From the NCBI GenBank assembly GCA_976551045.1, contig CDPCPM010000054.1, forward strand, positions 3,472,001-3,536,000: DNA of 64,000 bases. Direction: 5' to 3'. The translations under genes were made by a program, and so were the position numbers. Of this stretch, positions 37,879-50,899 are shown in pieces. Numbering within the stretch: position 1 is the stretch's first letter; each line of letters opens with the position of its first letter. Origin of the DNA: Glaucostegus cemiculus (lineage: Eukaryota). Under the pieces are notes generated by a model, which was not told where the DNA came from, searched no databases, and worked only from the letters and a program-made list of their open reading frames with translations.

Positions 37879-37925
37879 CTTCGGGCCATATCAAGGAAAC
37901 AACAAAGGCAAAAACAAAAAAAAAT
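37879..37925 (-). promoter_or_regulatory. Splice acceptor and polypyrimidine tract of the BNC2 exon
   Basis: Minus strand reads ...ttttgtttttgcctttgttgtttccttgatatggcccgaAG|GATGCTGCAGGC. Confidence 0.85.
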
Positions 37926-39790
37926 CTTATTGATTCTGCATAATTACAGCAGTCTTATTCAGAAGATGCTACAACTGTCCTACTGATGAAACAGAGGCCC
38001 AGGAGCAACATACAAAGATTGTTAATACCATTCGACCCACAGAGCAAACTTTTCTGCCATGCACATGTGGTAATTAGGTTGACTATTAGTGAAACAGACA
38101 GAGTTTAATAATGTCAAAGCAAATGCAATGAAAACCACTGGGACTCTATGAAATGAACCAGCTAAGATCCTGCTATTACAAAGACAATGATTTCTTTTAG
38201 ATGTAGATGTTGAGTATACATTGCTTATTAATATGGAACACTTGCTGTGCAGACGCAAGGTAAGTCTGCATGATAATCCTTACAAGTCTGATGGTATGGG
38301 AGGGGGTCATTTGCAAGGAACAACCTTTTCTCTACTGCTATACATAAGAGTGAGTGAAGCATGAACTCGTAAGACCACAAAGTAAAATCATAACTTAACA
38401 AAATATGTTATGTTAATATTCTAGGCAAAGAACATGAAGCAACAGAGGTACATTGTGGCAGCAAATCACAACATGGAGCTTTCGTGATTGTCCCAGGACA
38501 GTCTGCAGTACACACACATTAAATCTGGTTTTCATTGGTTTGTGTGGCTAATGTAACACTGGAATGGACACAGAAATTGCAGGATCAATCGTGGTGCAGC
38601 AGATGACTAGACAGAACTATTCTTCTAAATTAAAGGCAAGCATTCAAAATCTACCTATTGCAGTATGCAGTTTTATTCCTTTATATCATCATGCATTTAC
38701 CAATGAAAAATATATTCTGGACCAAGGATAATTAAAGCTCTTGCATTTTACTATACATTAAAATGTGTTTCACTGTTTTCATATTACTCATTAGGCTGCT
38801 CTGTGCCTTGAGGTAGTGCCAGACACTTGATGTTATACATTAGTTTCACTCTGGATAAATATTGTGTAACATGTTACCAATATCAGTACAGCCTTTCTAA
38901 ATAACCTTTCTTACTAATGTAATAGGTCAGTCTTTCTGATTCTGGATTTGAATTTCTTGCTGAATGGTGATTTTCTATTGTTTTCAATCCCAATATTGAT
39001 CTGGGAAAGGATAAACTGGTCAAATTCTGATCCATCAGGGTGGAAAACTCACTTGAAAGCTCAGCCCTAAGAAGCTGTGATCCTTATGCGTCCCCCAAGC
39101 ATTACTCTGATAATAACATGCTTGTACCCGCTAATATTTTCCAGGGATCTGTAGTGTCTGTCAGACAGTTTATTGATTCACTGACATCAATACATACAGA
39201 AGGAAAACAGAATTAGCATCACTCTCTATTAAGGCTAAAAGATCTTTAAAATCTGAACATCAGGCAAGTCACAATTGCCTCTTCCTGGATCACATGACCA
39301 TGCAGCCTCACTTACTCTTTCAGTCCAAGTCCCTCAACCAGAACCAAGTCCAAAAGGTTTAAGGAGATCAATAGTTGGTCTTCATTTCGTCACTCGAATT
39401 CAGTTGGAGAAGAGAACCTATGTGGAATGTGAAAGGCTTGTCCAAAACAAGCAGAAATGTCGTGATCCCATAGAACACTGGTTCTGCAAGATTATCATCT
39501 AACTACAGCTTTGCTCTGGTAACCTTTCAACAGCAGTAGGAACAGGATTAGGTCACCAGGCCCTTCAAGCCTGTCCCACCATTCAATATGATCATAACTT
39601 CAACTCCTCCACCGTGCCTGTTCCCCATAACCCTCAATTCCTTGAGCTTTCAAATATTTATCTATCACTACCTTAAATATATCTAATGATCTGATCCCCA
39701 GCACCCTTGCAGGCAGAAAATTCTAAAGATTCACTACCCTCAGAGAGAAGTAATTTCTATGCACCTCAGTTTTAAATGACTGTCCCATTA

Positions 39791-42700
39791 GGACAGGTAG
39801 CTAGGTGACTGTTAGGAAAGGGAAGGGGATTAGGCAGAGGTAGCAGAGCACCCCTGTGGCCGTCCCATCAACAATAAGTATACCGTTTTGGATACTGCTG
39901 GTGGGGCCGACCTACCAGGGACAAGTTGCAATGGTTGCATCTCTGGCACCAAGACGGGACCCTCAGCTCAGAAAGGAAGGAGGGAAAAGTAGAGAGCAGT
40001 AGTGATGGGGGATTCAGTAGTTAGGGGGACAGGTAGGAGATTCTGTGGGAGAGATCAAGAAGCCTGGATGGTCTGTTGCCTCCCTGGTGCCAGGATCCAT
40101 GCTATCTCAGATCGAGTTCTCAATATTCTCAGGAGGGAGGGTGAGCAGCCAGATGCTGTGGTCCATGTAGAGACCAGTGACGTGGATAGGATGGAGGAGG
40201 AGGTCCTGCAAAGAGAGTTTAGAGAATTAGGTGCAAAGTTGAAGGACAGGACCTCCAAGGTTGCAATCTCAAGATTGCTACCCATGCCACGAGCTAGTAA
40301 GGCTAGAATTAGGAGGATCATGCAGCTAAATACTTGGCTAAGGAGATGGTGCTTCTGGACAACTGGGCTTTGTTGCAGGAAAGGTGGGACCTGTTCCAAC
40401 AGGACGGTTTGCACCTGAACTGGAGGGGAACTAACATATTTGCAGGTAGGTTTGCTGGTGCTGCTCCAGGGGGTTTAAACTAGATTTTCAGGGGGAGGGG
40501 AACCAGAGTGTTACAGCAGATAGTGAAGTGGAGGAGGAAAAAGGTTATGCGAGGACTGCAGGTATGGACAGAAATCACAGGATGATATGTGATAGAAATG
40601 TTCTCAGGTGCATCTGTTTCAATGCAAGAACTATTGTAGGTAAATCAGGTGAGGTTATGGCATGGATTGGCACGTGGGATTAGACATCATTGCTATTAGT
40701 GAGACATGGTTGCAGGAGGGGCAGGACTGGCAGCTTAATGTTCTAGGGTTCCATTGCTTCAGATGTGATAGAGGGGGAGGGATGAAAGGGGGAGGAGAGG
40801 CATTACTGGTCAGGGAACAGATCACAGCTGTGTGTACACAGGACAGCCTGGAGGGCTCGTCTACAGAGGCCATATGGGTGGAGCTGAGGAACAGGAAAGG
40901 TGTGGCTACACTAATAAGGTTGAATTATAGACCGCCCAATAGTCAGAGAGAATTGGAGGAACAAATCTGTAGTGAGATAGCAGACCGATGTAAGAAACAG
41001 AATGTCATAATAGTAGGGGATTTTAACTTTCCACATACTGACTGGGATTCCCACACTGTGAAAGGGTTGGATGGTTTGGAGTTTGTCAGCTGTGTTCAGG
41101 AAAGTTTTCTAAATCAATATATAGAGGTACCAACGAGACAGAATGCAATACTTGATCTCCTATTAGGGAACCAGACAGGTCAGATGACAAAAGTATGTGT
41201 AGGTGAGCACTTTGGGTCCAGTGACCATAATGTCATTAATTTCAAGATAATTATGGATAAGGACAGGTCTGGTCCTTAAGTTTAGGTTCTAAATTGAAGA
41301 AAGGGCAATTTTGTGGAAATGAGAAAGGATCTAGGAAGAGTGGATTGGGATAAGTTGTTTTCTGGCAAGGATGTGTTCAGTAAGTAGAAGGCCTTCAAAG
41401 GCGAAATTTTGAGAATGCAGAGTTTGCATGTTCCTACCAGGATTAAAGGCAAAGTTAACAAGCATAGGGAACCTTGGTTTTCAGGGATATTGGTGCTCTG
41501 GTTAAGGAAAAGAGAGGTGTATAGCAGGTATAGGCAACTAGGAACAAATGAGGTACTTGAAGACTCTAGAAAAAGTAAGAAAATACTGAAAAAGGAAATC
41601 AGGAAGGCAAAAAGAAGACATGATGTTGCTTTGGCAGATAATGTGATGGTAAACCTGAAGGGTTTCTGCAAGTATATTAAAAGGATAGTAGGGGACAAAA
41701 TTGTTCCCCTAGAAGAACAGAGTGGAGCCTCAGGAGATGGGGGAGGTCTTAAACAATTTTTAGCATCAGTATTTACTCAGGAAACTGACATAGTGGATAT
41801 GGAAGGAAAGGAAACAAGCAATAGTGTCATAGAACATACAGAGATTAAAGAGGAGGAGGTGCTTGCTGCCTTACAGCGAATAAAGGTAGATAAATCCCCA
41901 GGGCCTGACAAGATATTTCCTCGGACATTGAGAGAGACTAGTGTAGAAATTGCAAGGGCCCTGGCAGATATATTTAAAATGTCCTTAGCCATGGGTGCAG
42001 TGCCAGAGGACTGGGGGGTAGCTCATGTTGTACCGTTGTTTAAAAAAGGCTCTAAAAGTAAACCAGGTAACTACAGGCCAGTGAGCCTGACATCAGTAGT
42101 AGGCAAATTATTGGAAGGTGTTCTGAGAGATCGGACATACAAGTATTTGGACAGCCAAGGGCTGATTAAGGATAGTTGGCATGGCTTTGTGCGTGCTAGA
42201 TTGTGTTTAATGAATCTTGTAGGGTTTTTTGAGGAGGTTACCAAGAAAGTAGATGAAGGAAAGGCTGTGGATGTTGTCTACATGGACTTTAGTAAGGCCT
42301 TTGACAAGGTCTCACTTGGGAGGTTAGTTCAGAAGGTTCAGACACTAGGTATCCATGGAAAGGTTGTAAACTGGATTCAAAATTGGTTGTGTGGGAGAAG
42401 ACCAGAGGGGTAGTGGATGATTGTTTCTCAGACTGGAGGCCTGTGACTAGTGGTGTACCTCAGGGATCTGTGCTGGGGCCATTGCTGTTTGTTGTCTATA
42501 TCAATGATCTGGATGATAATGTGATAAATTGGATCAGCAAGTTTGCTGATGACACTAAGATTGGAGGCGTAGTGGACAGCGAGGAAGGCTTTCAAAGCTT
42601 ACAGAGGGATCTGGAAGAATGGCCAGAAAATGGCAGATGGAATTTATTGCAGACAAGTGTGAGGTATCACATTTTGGAAGGACAAATCAAAGTAGGACTT

Positions 42701-44105
42701 ACACAGTAAATGGTAGGGCACTGAAAAGTGCGGAGGAACAAAGGGATCTGGGAGTTCAAATATATAATTTCCTGAAGGTAGAGTCACAGGTAGACAGGGT
42801 TGTAAAAAAGCTTTTGGCATCCTGGCATTCATAAATTAAAGTATTAAGTATAGGAGTTGGGATTTTATGGTGAGGTTGCATAAGACATTGGTGAGGCCAA
42901 ATTTGGAGTATTGTGTGCGTTTCTGGTCACCTAACTATAGGAAGGATATCAGTAAGATTGAAAGGATGTAGAGAAGATTTACGAGAACATTGCCGGGTTT
43001 TCAGGAGTTGAGTTACAGGGAAAGATTGAACAGGTTAGGACTTTATTCCTTGGACCATAGAAGAATGAGGGGAGATTTGATAGAGGTTTACAAAATTATG
43101 ATGGGTATAGACAGCGTTAATGCGAGTAGGCTCTTTCCACCTAGATTAGGAGAGATAAGTATGAAAGGACACGGCTTTAGGGTGAAAGGGGAAAGATGAG
43201 AGGGAACTTCTTCACTCAAAGAGTAGTTTGAGTGTGGCATAGGCTGCCATTTGATGTAGCAAATACGGGCTCACTCTCAAGTTTTATGAATAAATTGGAT
43301 AGATACATGGGCGGTAGAGGTCTGGAGGGTTACGGACTGGGTGCAGGTAAATGGGACTAGAACACAGAACCTTACAGCACAAAACAGGCCCTTCGGCCCA
43401 CCAAGTTGTGCCATCCTTCAAACATCTCACAATCTAACTCTTTCCTCCCACATATCCTACTATTCCACATTCTTCCATGTGCCTATCTAACAATCTCTTG
43501 AACCTGTCCATCGTATCTGCTTCTACTACCACCCCAGGCAGCGCATTCCATGCGCCAACCACTCTCTGAGTGAAAAACTTCCCTCTGACATCTCCCCTAA
43601 ACTTTCCACCCAATATCTTATAGCCATGCCCTCTTGTCTTGTGCATCTGCGCTCTGGGAAAGAGGCGCTGGCTATCAACTCTATCTATTCCTCTCAATAT
43701 CTTATACACCTCTATCAAGTCCCCTCTCATCCTCCTCCTCTCCAATGAGTAGAGCCCTAGCACCTTAAGCCTCTCCTCATATTTCATACCCTCTAATCCA
43801 GGCAGCATCCTGGTAAATCGCCTCTGTACCCTCTCCAACGCCTCCACATCCTCCCTATAATGCAGCGACCAGAACTGAACACAATATTCTAAGTGCGGCC
43901 TAACTAGAGTTTTATAAAGCAGCATCATCGCCTCTCTGCTCTTGAACTCAATCCCACGATATATAAAAGCTAACATCCCATAAGCCTTCTTAACTGCCCT
44001 ATCCACCTGCGAGGCAACTTTGAGTGAACTAGCGGAATAAAGTTTCAGCACAGACTAGAAGGGCTGAATGGCCTGTTTTCTATGCTGTAGTGTTCTATAG
44101 TTCTA
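39791..44105 (+). mobile_element. Near-full-length CR1 LINE: ORF1 SGNH esterase, APE endonuclease, RT and 3' UTR, disabled
   Basis: MGDSVVRG and CCLPGARI; DIIAISETWL, YRPPNS, VGDFNFP, SSDHN; YMDFSKAFDKV, GVPQGSVLGP, KFADDTK; stops and frameshifts. Confidence 0.94.
43361..44027 (-). mobile_element. Young CR1 3' fragment inserted in the 3' UTR of the plus-strand CR1
   Basis: Open ~200-aa C-terminal ORF2 piece; ACTAG at 43356-43360 and 44028-44032 as a candidate target-site duplication. Confidence 0.9.
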
Positions 44106-44884
44106 TTATTTTGCAGCTATGACCTCTTGCCTGTGACTGTCCCAGTTGTGAAAACATCTCAGCATCTACCCTATCAAGCCCCATTAGGATCTTATATGTT
44201 AGAATAAGGCCATGCCTCATTCTTCCGAACTCTTCCAAATGGTCAAGACCCTCTTGATAGGATAATCTTCTCATCCCATTTTATCCCAGGAATTAGCTTT
44301 TAGACTGCCTCCAATGCTGATATACCTTATAGGTAAGGAGACCAAAATGGTGCATGGTGTTCCAGGTGTGGTCTTGTCAACTGCAACAAAAATTTCTTAT
44401 TCTTAAACTCCAACCCCTTCACATTAAAATTCAGCATGTTGTTTACCTTCTCGTTGGACCTGCCTGCTAACTTTTTGTGGCACAGGCACTAGAATGCCTA
44501 AATCTCTCTGAACTTCACTCATTTGCAGTCTCTCCCCAGTTAGAGAATAATCCGTCCTTTGATTCCTCGTACCGAAGGGCATGATCTCACGCTTCCCCAC
44601 ATTAAACTCTATTTGTCAGGTTTTTGCCAATCACTCAGTCTATCTATATTCCATTGCAGAATCACAATGTCCTCATCACAACATGCCCTTCCGCCTATTT
44701 TTGTATAATCAACAAACTTCATCCATGCTGCCTGAATAGGAGCCATTTATTCCAGTTGTTTTCTATGTGACAGCCTGTTTTCAATCCAACACGAAGGAAA
44801 TTAGTTTAGGCAGTGTTGTTTTACACAGGAACATAGACAGCAAACCTGATCAGTGAGATCAGATGACACAACTTTGGAGTCAGA

Positions 44885-45600
44885 GGGTCATAGAATCACA
44901 CAGCACAGAAACAGGCCCCTCAGCTCACCATGTCCATGCTGACCATCAAGTACTCGTCTAAACCTGCACTTGGTTGGTCGCCTTCTGTGCCCTGACAGTT
45001 CATGTGCTTGCCTGGATATTTAAATTTTATATTTATATTTTTTTAATATTTTATTTACAGCGTGGTAACAGGCCCTTTCGGCCCTCCAAGCCCACGCTGC
45101 CCATTTTCAACCCCTAAATTAACCTACCCGTACGTTTTTCAGAACGTGGGAGGAAACCGGAGCACCCGGAGGAAACCCACGCAGACACGGGAGAACGTAC
45201 AAACTCCTTACAGTCAACGACGGGAATCGAACCCCGATCACTGGCACTGTAACAGCGTCACGCTAACCGCTTGTACCAGGCAGTAGCTTCTGGTTCCCTG
45301 CCTCCCTCAGGTAAAAATTCTTCCTCAGATACCCTCTAAACATCCTATCCCTTCCCTTAAACCCACATCCCCTACTTTTATACACTTCTGCAATGGAGAA
45401 AATTTTCTTACTCTCTACTCTATCTATATCTTTCGAAATGTACACCTCTGTCAAGTCTGTTCCACACCAAGAAAAACAACCCTCGCTCCATCCATCCTGT
45501 TCTCATCACAGTGAATTGTGCCCTCTCCAACACAATTGTGTCCTTCCTATAGTATGATGACCAGAACTGCACACAGTAATCTAGCTGTGGCCTAATGCTT
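44885..45600 (-). mobile_element. Old CR1 3' fragment interrupted by a SINE
   Basis: catagaatcacacagcacagaaacaggccc tail; continues after 45271 to gaccagaactgcacacagta. Confidence 0.7.
45019..45271 (-). mobile_element. Young tRNA-derived SINE (2593 family)
   Basis: ttatttacagcgtggtaacaggccc...cgggaatcgaacccc...cgctaaccgct. Confidence 0.9.
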
Positions 45601-47464
45601 TTTTATGTAGTTTTACCCCCATTTTAGCTCTCTATATTTGTTTCTCTTTTGAATAACTCCTGGTTGTCCATGCAGATCTACCTGTAAGTAGCAGCTTCCA
45701 GTCTACTTTTCCCAAGTGCATTTGAGTTTGAAATTGGCTTTTCCCCAGTACAGGACTTTAATTTCTGAATCACCCTTATTCCTTCATAACTGCTTTGAAA
45801 TGATTTATGGTCCGCATTTCCAATATGTAAGTATTGAATCCACACCCAATGGTCAGAAATGAAAGCCTGTAGACCACCTACTGCACACTAGGATTGACAA
45901 TCCTTCAGCGCTCCCCACTAATTAAGGACTAACTCATGAAAAAAATCAGAGGACAATTAAAAATCAATTGTGGTCTTTAGAAATATTCTTAGAACATTTG
46001 GGTTTGTTGTATTCAATGGACTGAAGGAACAAAAAAGAATTTTGCAATCAGCGAAGAAAGGCTTTGTTGGCTTTCTTACTTATCGTGGATAGACAATGAT
46101 GAACAGTTAGCAACCAACAGTAGTAATGTCATTGAAAGGCTAGATGGAGGTCAGCAGAGGAGATTCACCAGGATGTTGCCAGAGATGCAATGTTTCAGAT
46201 ATGAAGAGAGACTGGATAGGCTGGCTTTGTTTCCTTAGAGTGGACCACTTCTTATTTGACAAATTTTTTGCTTTCTCTCATCAGTGCAATAGGAGAAACA
46301 ATGGATACCATACTGGGTTCTCTGTATCATTCCAGTTGCATCATGGCTTCAGCTGGTTTGAACTCCAAAAACTTGTGCAGCATAGACAGAGGGAACTCTG
46401 GCCATCATGCCTCCCATCATCTTGAAGGAGTTGTCTGACGTAGTCCCTTTCCCTACAACCTGGGAATGAGTTCTCTTTAATTACACCTTTCCAGCTAGAA
46501 CCTCTTGCACTTCCCCTTCAGGAAGTGCATCTACATCCTCAAACATTTCCCAGAGAAATATAACCTCCTAATTTTTCTTCCACTTCTTTATGATAAATCT
46601 AACTATCAGCCACAGGAAACAGATTGCTCTGCTTGGTCTACTATTATCCACTCATAATTCTGAACAGCTCTATTCAGTCTTCCCCTAGCCTTCTACACTT
46701 GAAGGAGAACAAGGTTCAACATTGTTATGGTTATAGGTTTGCCAGGAACATACTGCAAATTACTGTTGGGAGGAATTTGGTTGTGGTGGGGTGGAGAGTT
46801 GATAAATTTAGCTTTGATCATGACTTTAAGCTTTTCCCTTCCCTCTATATTCACATGGCATTAACAGACTGCCCTAAAGGACAACCTCTTGGATGCAATA
46901 CATCAACCTGAGGTCTGATTTTGATACAAAATTGTGGACCAAGATCAGACAGCCAGCAGCTTGTTGTGATTATCCTCAAGCTTGTATGTTGATCTGAGGC
47001 TGGTGAGAACTGACATTAAATAAGCTTGCATAAATCCATGAAAGATGGTTTCCCTCCAAGGGCTGATGTCCACACGATCCAATAATACTGAGGCAGCTCA
47101 GAAAACTGTTTTCAATTTCTGCATGCCATTTCAAAAATTCATCTTTAAGTAATTTCCTGGCTTAGATTCCAGAACAGCTTTTAAATGTACTGACCCGATC
47201 CTGTTCAACACAAACAGGCATATAAACACAGAGCAATAAATGGGTTGCAATAAATAGATTGACATGTGTATGGTGCACTCTTAGCCTGCAGTACATACAG
47301 ATAGCACAGTAAAAATTAACAGTTCCGATCCTTCAGGCTGAAGGTCAAATTTGGTTATGTTACAGATCTGAAATGTTTGCATAGTGTCATACAGTCTCGG
47401 CTTATTTTCCACATGTCCACATTCAGATAAACAGAGCTGTTCGCCTTCTCAAGTATGTCAAATT

Positions 47465-47665
47465 CAGAAAGCCTGTATTTCCCTGCCACAGGGAGTGGTT
47501 GAGGTCAAGAACAGAGAAGCATTTAAGAGGAAGCTAGATAAACACACAAAGAATGAATAGGGGGCTAATGACAGGGAGTAGTGAAGGTATGGGACGATCT
47601 TAGGTGGTGCTGGGACTCTGGCACAAACTTTTTGGGCTGATGGCTTGTTTCTGGGCCCTAAAATT
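47465..47665 (+). mobile_element. CR1 3' end, decayed
   Basis: ccctgccacagggagtggttgagg...catttaagaggaagctagataa...gggctgatggcttgtttctg. Confidence 0.65.
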
Positions 47666-48369
47666 CTCTTAAGCTCCATCGTGCACAGTGTAGCTGTGAG
47701 ATGCACCCTTAGGGTGTGAATGGGCTCCAGTTCAAAATATTCTGAGATTTATTTCTGCAGCAGAGGTTGCAGAGACACAAGAGAGTTGTGGTGGTGAAGA
47801 GGAAGAATGGGATTTAGTGCACAGAGAGCACAGGATAGGGATTCAAAGCCTGGAAGCCTTTGCTTCCTGATAGGAATATTTCAGGGAAGTAACTGGAGAA
47901 GTGTTTGGGACACTGTCTCGTAACAAATTTTTTGGAATGCTCTTTGCTGCAATGAATACGTTGCCTGTATTTCCCATACACATCTCCACTTTATGCGATA
48001 ATTCCCCTATCAGCTGGGAAGCTGGTCAGGAAGGAAAACAAAACTCCCACCTATGGATGACAGTGATGTAACCATTCAGTGAGAAACAAGAATGAGGAAT
48101 GCATAGCAACTCTGGGCTGCAGCATTCCATCCAGCAAGTGCCTGGGCAGGAATTGAAAAAAGTCACCAAATGAAGGCAGACACACTCAAAGATCACAGTA
48201 ATCTTGAACTGTTTTTTTCCCCCCATTATGGCACTGCAGAATAAAGGTGAAATTGTTAAAGCACTGACCCATGCCTTCATTGGTTTAAAAAGAATGAAAG
48301 ATTTACATTGCTATTGCATTGTGTATGACCTCAGTACAGCCAAAGTGTCTTCAGCTCACAATAACAATA

Positions 48370-48770
48370 ATATTGCAATCATCTTTTTCAGATGTTGGTG
48401 GGGCTGAACAGTGATCGAGACTCCAAGAGATAAAGATGCCCTCTCATCTTTTGTTTCACCTGTGAAAACAGACACAGCCTCAACTTTATGCCACTTCTGA
48501 AAGAAAGCAACTCAAGCAGGGCTTCATTGCCTCAGTATTGACCAGCCAACAGTACTGACCCTTTGTCGGCGCAATTATCCCAATATATGGCCCCTCCATC
48601 AACATAGCACTCCCTCAGTATTGCAACTTCAACATCAACACTCCCTCATTTTCCAGCCTTCCAGCAATGCAGGGAGGAGTCAGCCTAGACTTGTGCACAA
48701 ATGCGCCTTGAACCCATCACCATTCGACTCAAGGGTAGAAGAGTGACCAGTTGAGCAATGGCTGATCTAC
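48370..48770 (-). mobile_element. Deu-domain SINE, decayed, with partial internal duplication of the cactccctcagta segment
   Basis: gcactccctcagtattgca...gtcagcctagacttgtgc...ttgaaccc...gactcaagg. Confidence 0.6.
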
Positions 48771-49369
48771 AATGCAATATCTCAGTGAAGTGCTAAATGC
48801 ATTTTATAAGTGCATGAAGATGGGAGGAGGTGCGTATCAGTAAGTGATGATGCCAAGTTCTGATTCAGAATGTAAGGGAAGATGAGGTAGTGTATGGACT
48901 CTCACTGCGTAAACCTACCAGATTACAAAATATTTAGATTAAACAGACTCACAAAGGTTGTTAATTACAGACAAGGCAGAGCCATGCAAACTCCCAGAAC
49001 TGAAGAATATTAACCCATGTGACAGTGATAGAAATAATCTGGACTAAACATACTACAAGTTTAGGCCAGGAACATATTTGCTCAGGATGCCTATCACTAG
49101 TGCATTCTTCACCAACCTTGAGGATAACCTCCCTTGCAGTGTCTGACATTGAGGCAACATTTATGATTGGCATCAGGCCCTGTGCTTGGGCATGTTGCAA
49201 TAACTTAGTGCGAAAATTGGCAGTGCTGATCTCATTTGCACCTACTTCCTCTCACTGTCATTATAGGCACAGCTTCATTAAGCACAATGCCCTGAAATCT
49301 GGTCAGTAAACACCCACTTGTCTATTCTTGCTTAATTTGCTTGTCATCTTTGGAGATCAACCAGCTGCT

Positions 49370-49840
49370 TTGACAACATAGAGGGTATATTTGTTAATGA
49401 CTATTGATGCTGTGACTTTTACATTACAAAGATAATAGGTGATTGCTGGAACAAAACTAAAGTATGCTCTCAAACTGTTTTAAAGACAGAAGCATGCACC
49501 AGAAATACTGACAAGCTTTCATTTCAAACAATAGCATTATCAACAGAACACAGAATTAAACTAATTCCCATTTTAGTTTTCCATGTATGCCATTGATAGA
49601 AATTATATTTATTGTCCTTATTCTGCTTGCAAATTGCGCCTCTTATATTTCAAATCCCTGAAGCTCTTTTCCACTTGTAGTAGATTATGGAAGATAGATG
49701 CAAATCTACTCAACGCCCACTCTGAAAAAACAGTTGAGGGCAAAGTAACTATGGGTTTAAAGCTTTACTGGCCATTAGCAGTGAGTTAATCACAATTAAT
49801 CCACTCTCATCTGCAATGGCATGAGCTAATCTACAGGAGA
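49370..49840. promoter_or_regulatory. Candidate conserved non-coding element
   Basis: Repeat-free block with ttaatgactattgat, ttaatcacaattaatcc and gctaatc homeodomain/Sox-like sites. Confidence 0.35.
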
Positions 49841-49983
49841 AGTCATGACGAGATGCATATCCACTGGCAAGACAGTTGGGTCCATGAATATACAGAACAT
49901 ACCAAAGTCAGATCCATAGACATTTATTAAGCCATGCTTGTGGAATGTGGTATAGTGACTCTTCCCTAGAGCTATTTCCAAAA

Positions 49984-50120
49984 TAGAACATAGAACAATA
50001 CAGCACAGAACAGGCCCTTTGGCCCATCAAGCTGTGCCATCCTACAAACATCTCCCAAACTAACTCTTTCCACCCTCATATCCTACTATTCCACATTCTT
50101 CCATGTGCTTATCTAACAAT
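49984..50120 (-). mobile_element. Very short young CR1 3' tail
   Basis: tagaacatagaacaatacagcacagaacaggccc...; close match to 43361-43495. Confidence 0.8.
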
Positions 50121-50899
50121 AGCATGAAAGTTTAACTATGGATCAGAGTATTGTACCTATACATCACAGTGAAACTCTTAAACCTGCAATCCACAATCAG
50201 AAATCAAGCTTGTCTTGCTATGCAAAGTGTTTCAATGGTTAATTTTATTGCTTTATGTCTGGTGGTGAAACGAAACTCCTTCACCCTGTTACAGCTTTCA
50301 GTAGACAATGACATTGCACTCTGACCCATTATATAAAACAGCCACTGACTCAATTTACTGGCCATATGACAAGAGGGCAAATGTCACTGGACAAACATTT
50401 TTGACCAATCCATACCCAGAGATGCAACATGGTCGAATGAATCCACCATGAGCATTTGTTTTAAACACAATGATATAACCACAGTAAGTTCAAATCATTC
50501 GTAAAGAAATGAGGAAATGAGTCTTGAAAATGGCCAATCTTTGATAATCCAAATGAAACATATGAATGAAAGAAATCTGGCAACACTGTTGCATCTTATA
50601 TTTTAAAAGGTATGTGTGTAGATGCTGACAACTTTCCTGCACAAATGTGAGATTAACGCCAAAGTTCTCTTATTTGCATAATTTATTCAATATTTGATTC
50701 TCAATGCTTCGTAACATAATTTATTTATTCATGTATGGAATTTATTCTATTTCTAAGCAAGACCTTTTAATAAATCACATGGCTTCTGTCAGTGAGTTTC
50801 CTGAACCCTTGAGATCACAGAATAGATTCTCACCTTGAGCTTGGACCAGAAGGTATTGCACAGAGAGAGGAAGCCAGTAGTGATTGGACTGATGAAGTG

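Larger units (their letters stand above)
39530..44720 (-). mobile_element. Old CR1 LINE (39530-39790 and 44106-44720) split by later insertions
   Basis: gcccttcaagcctgtcccaccattcaat tail; ...aaatgactgtccc| resumes as |ttattttgcagctatg. Confidence 0.75.

Noticed and set aside
36421-37986. Antisense and alternative-frame ORFs overlapping the BNC2 exon
   Set aside because: Expected shadows of a GC-richer coding exon; no recognisable motifs.
37983-37995. CTGATGA as a hammerhead core or snoRNA box near the exon
   Set aside because: No stem II followed by GAAA and no partner box or terminal stem is visible.
40002-43199. Active retrotransposon or domesticated RT gene
   Set aside because: ORF1 and ORF2 are broken by stops and frameshifts; the same holds for 16115-19490 and 51442-54506.
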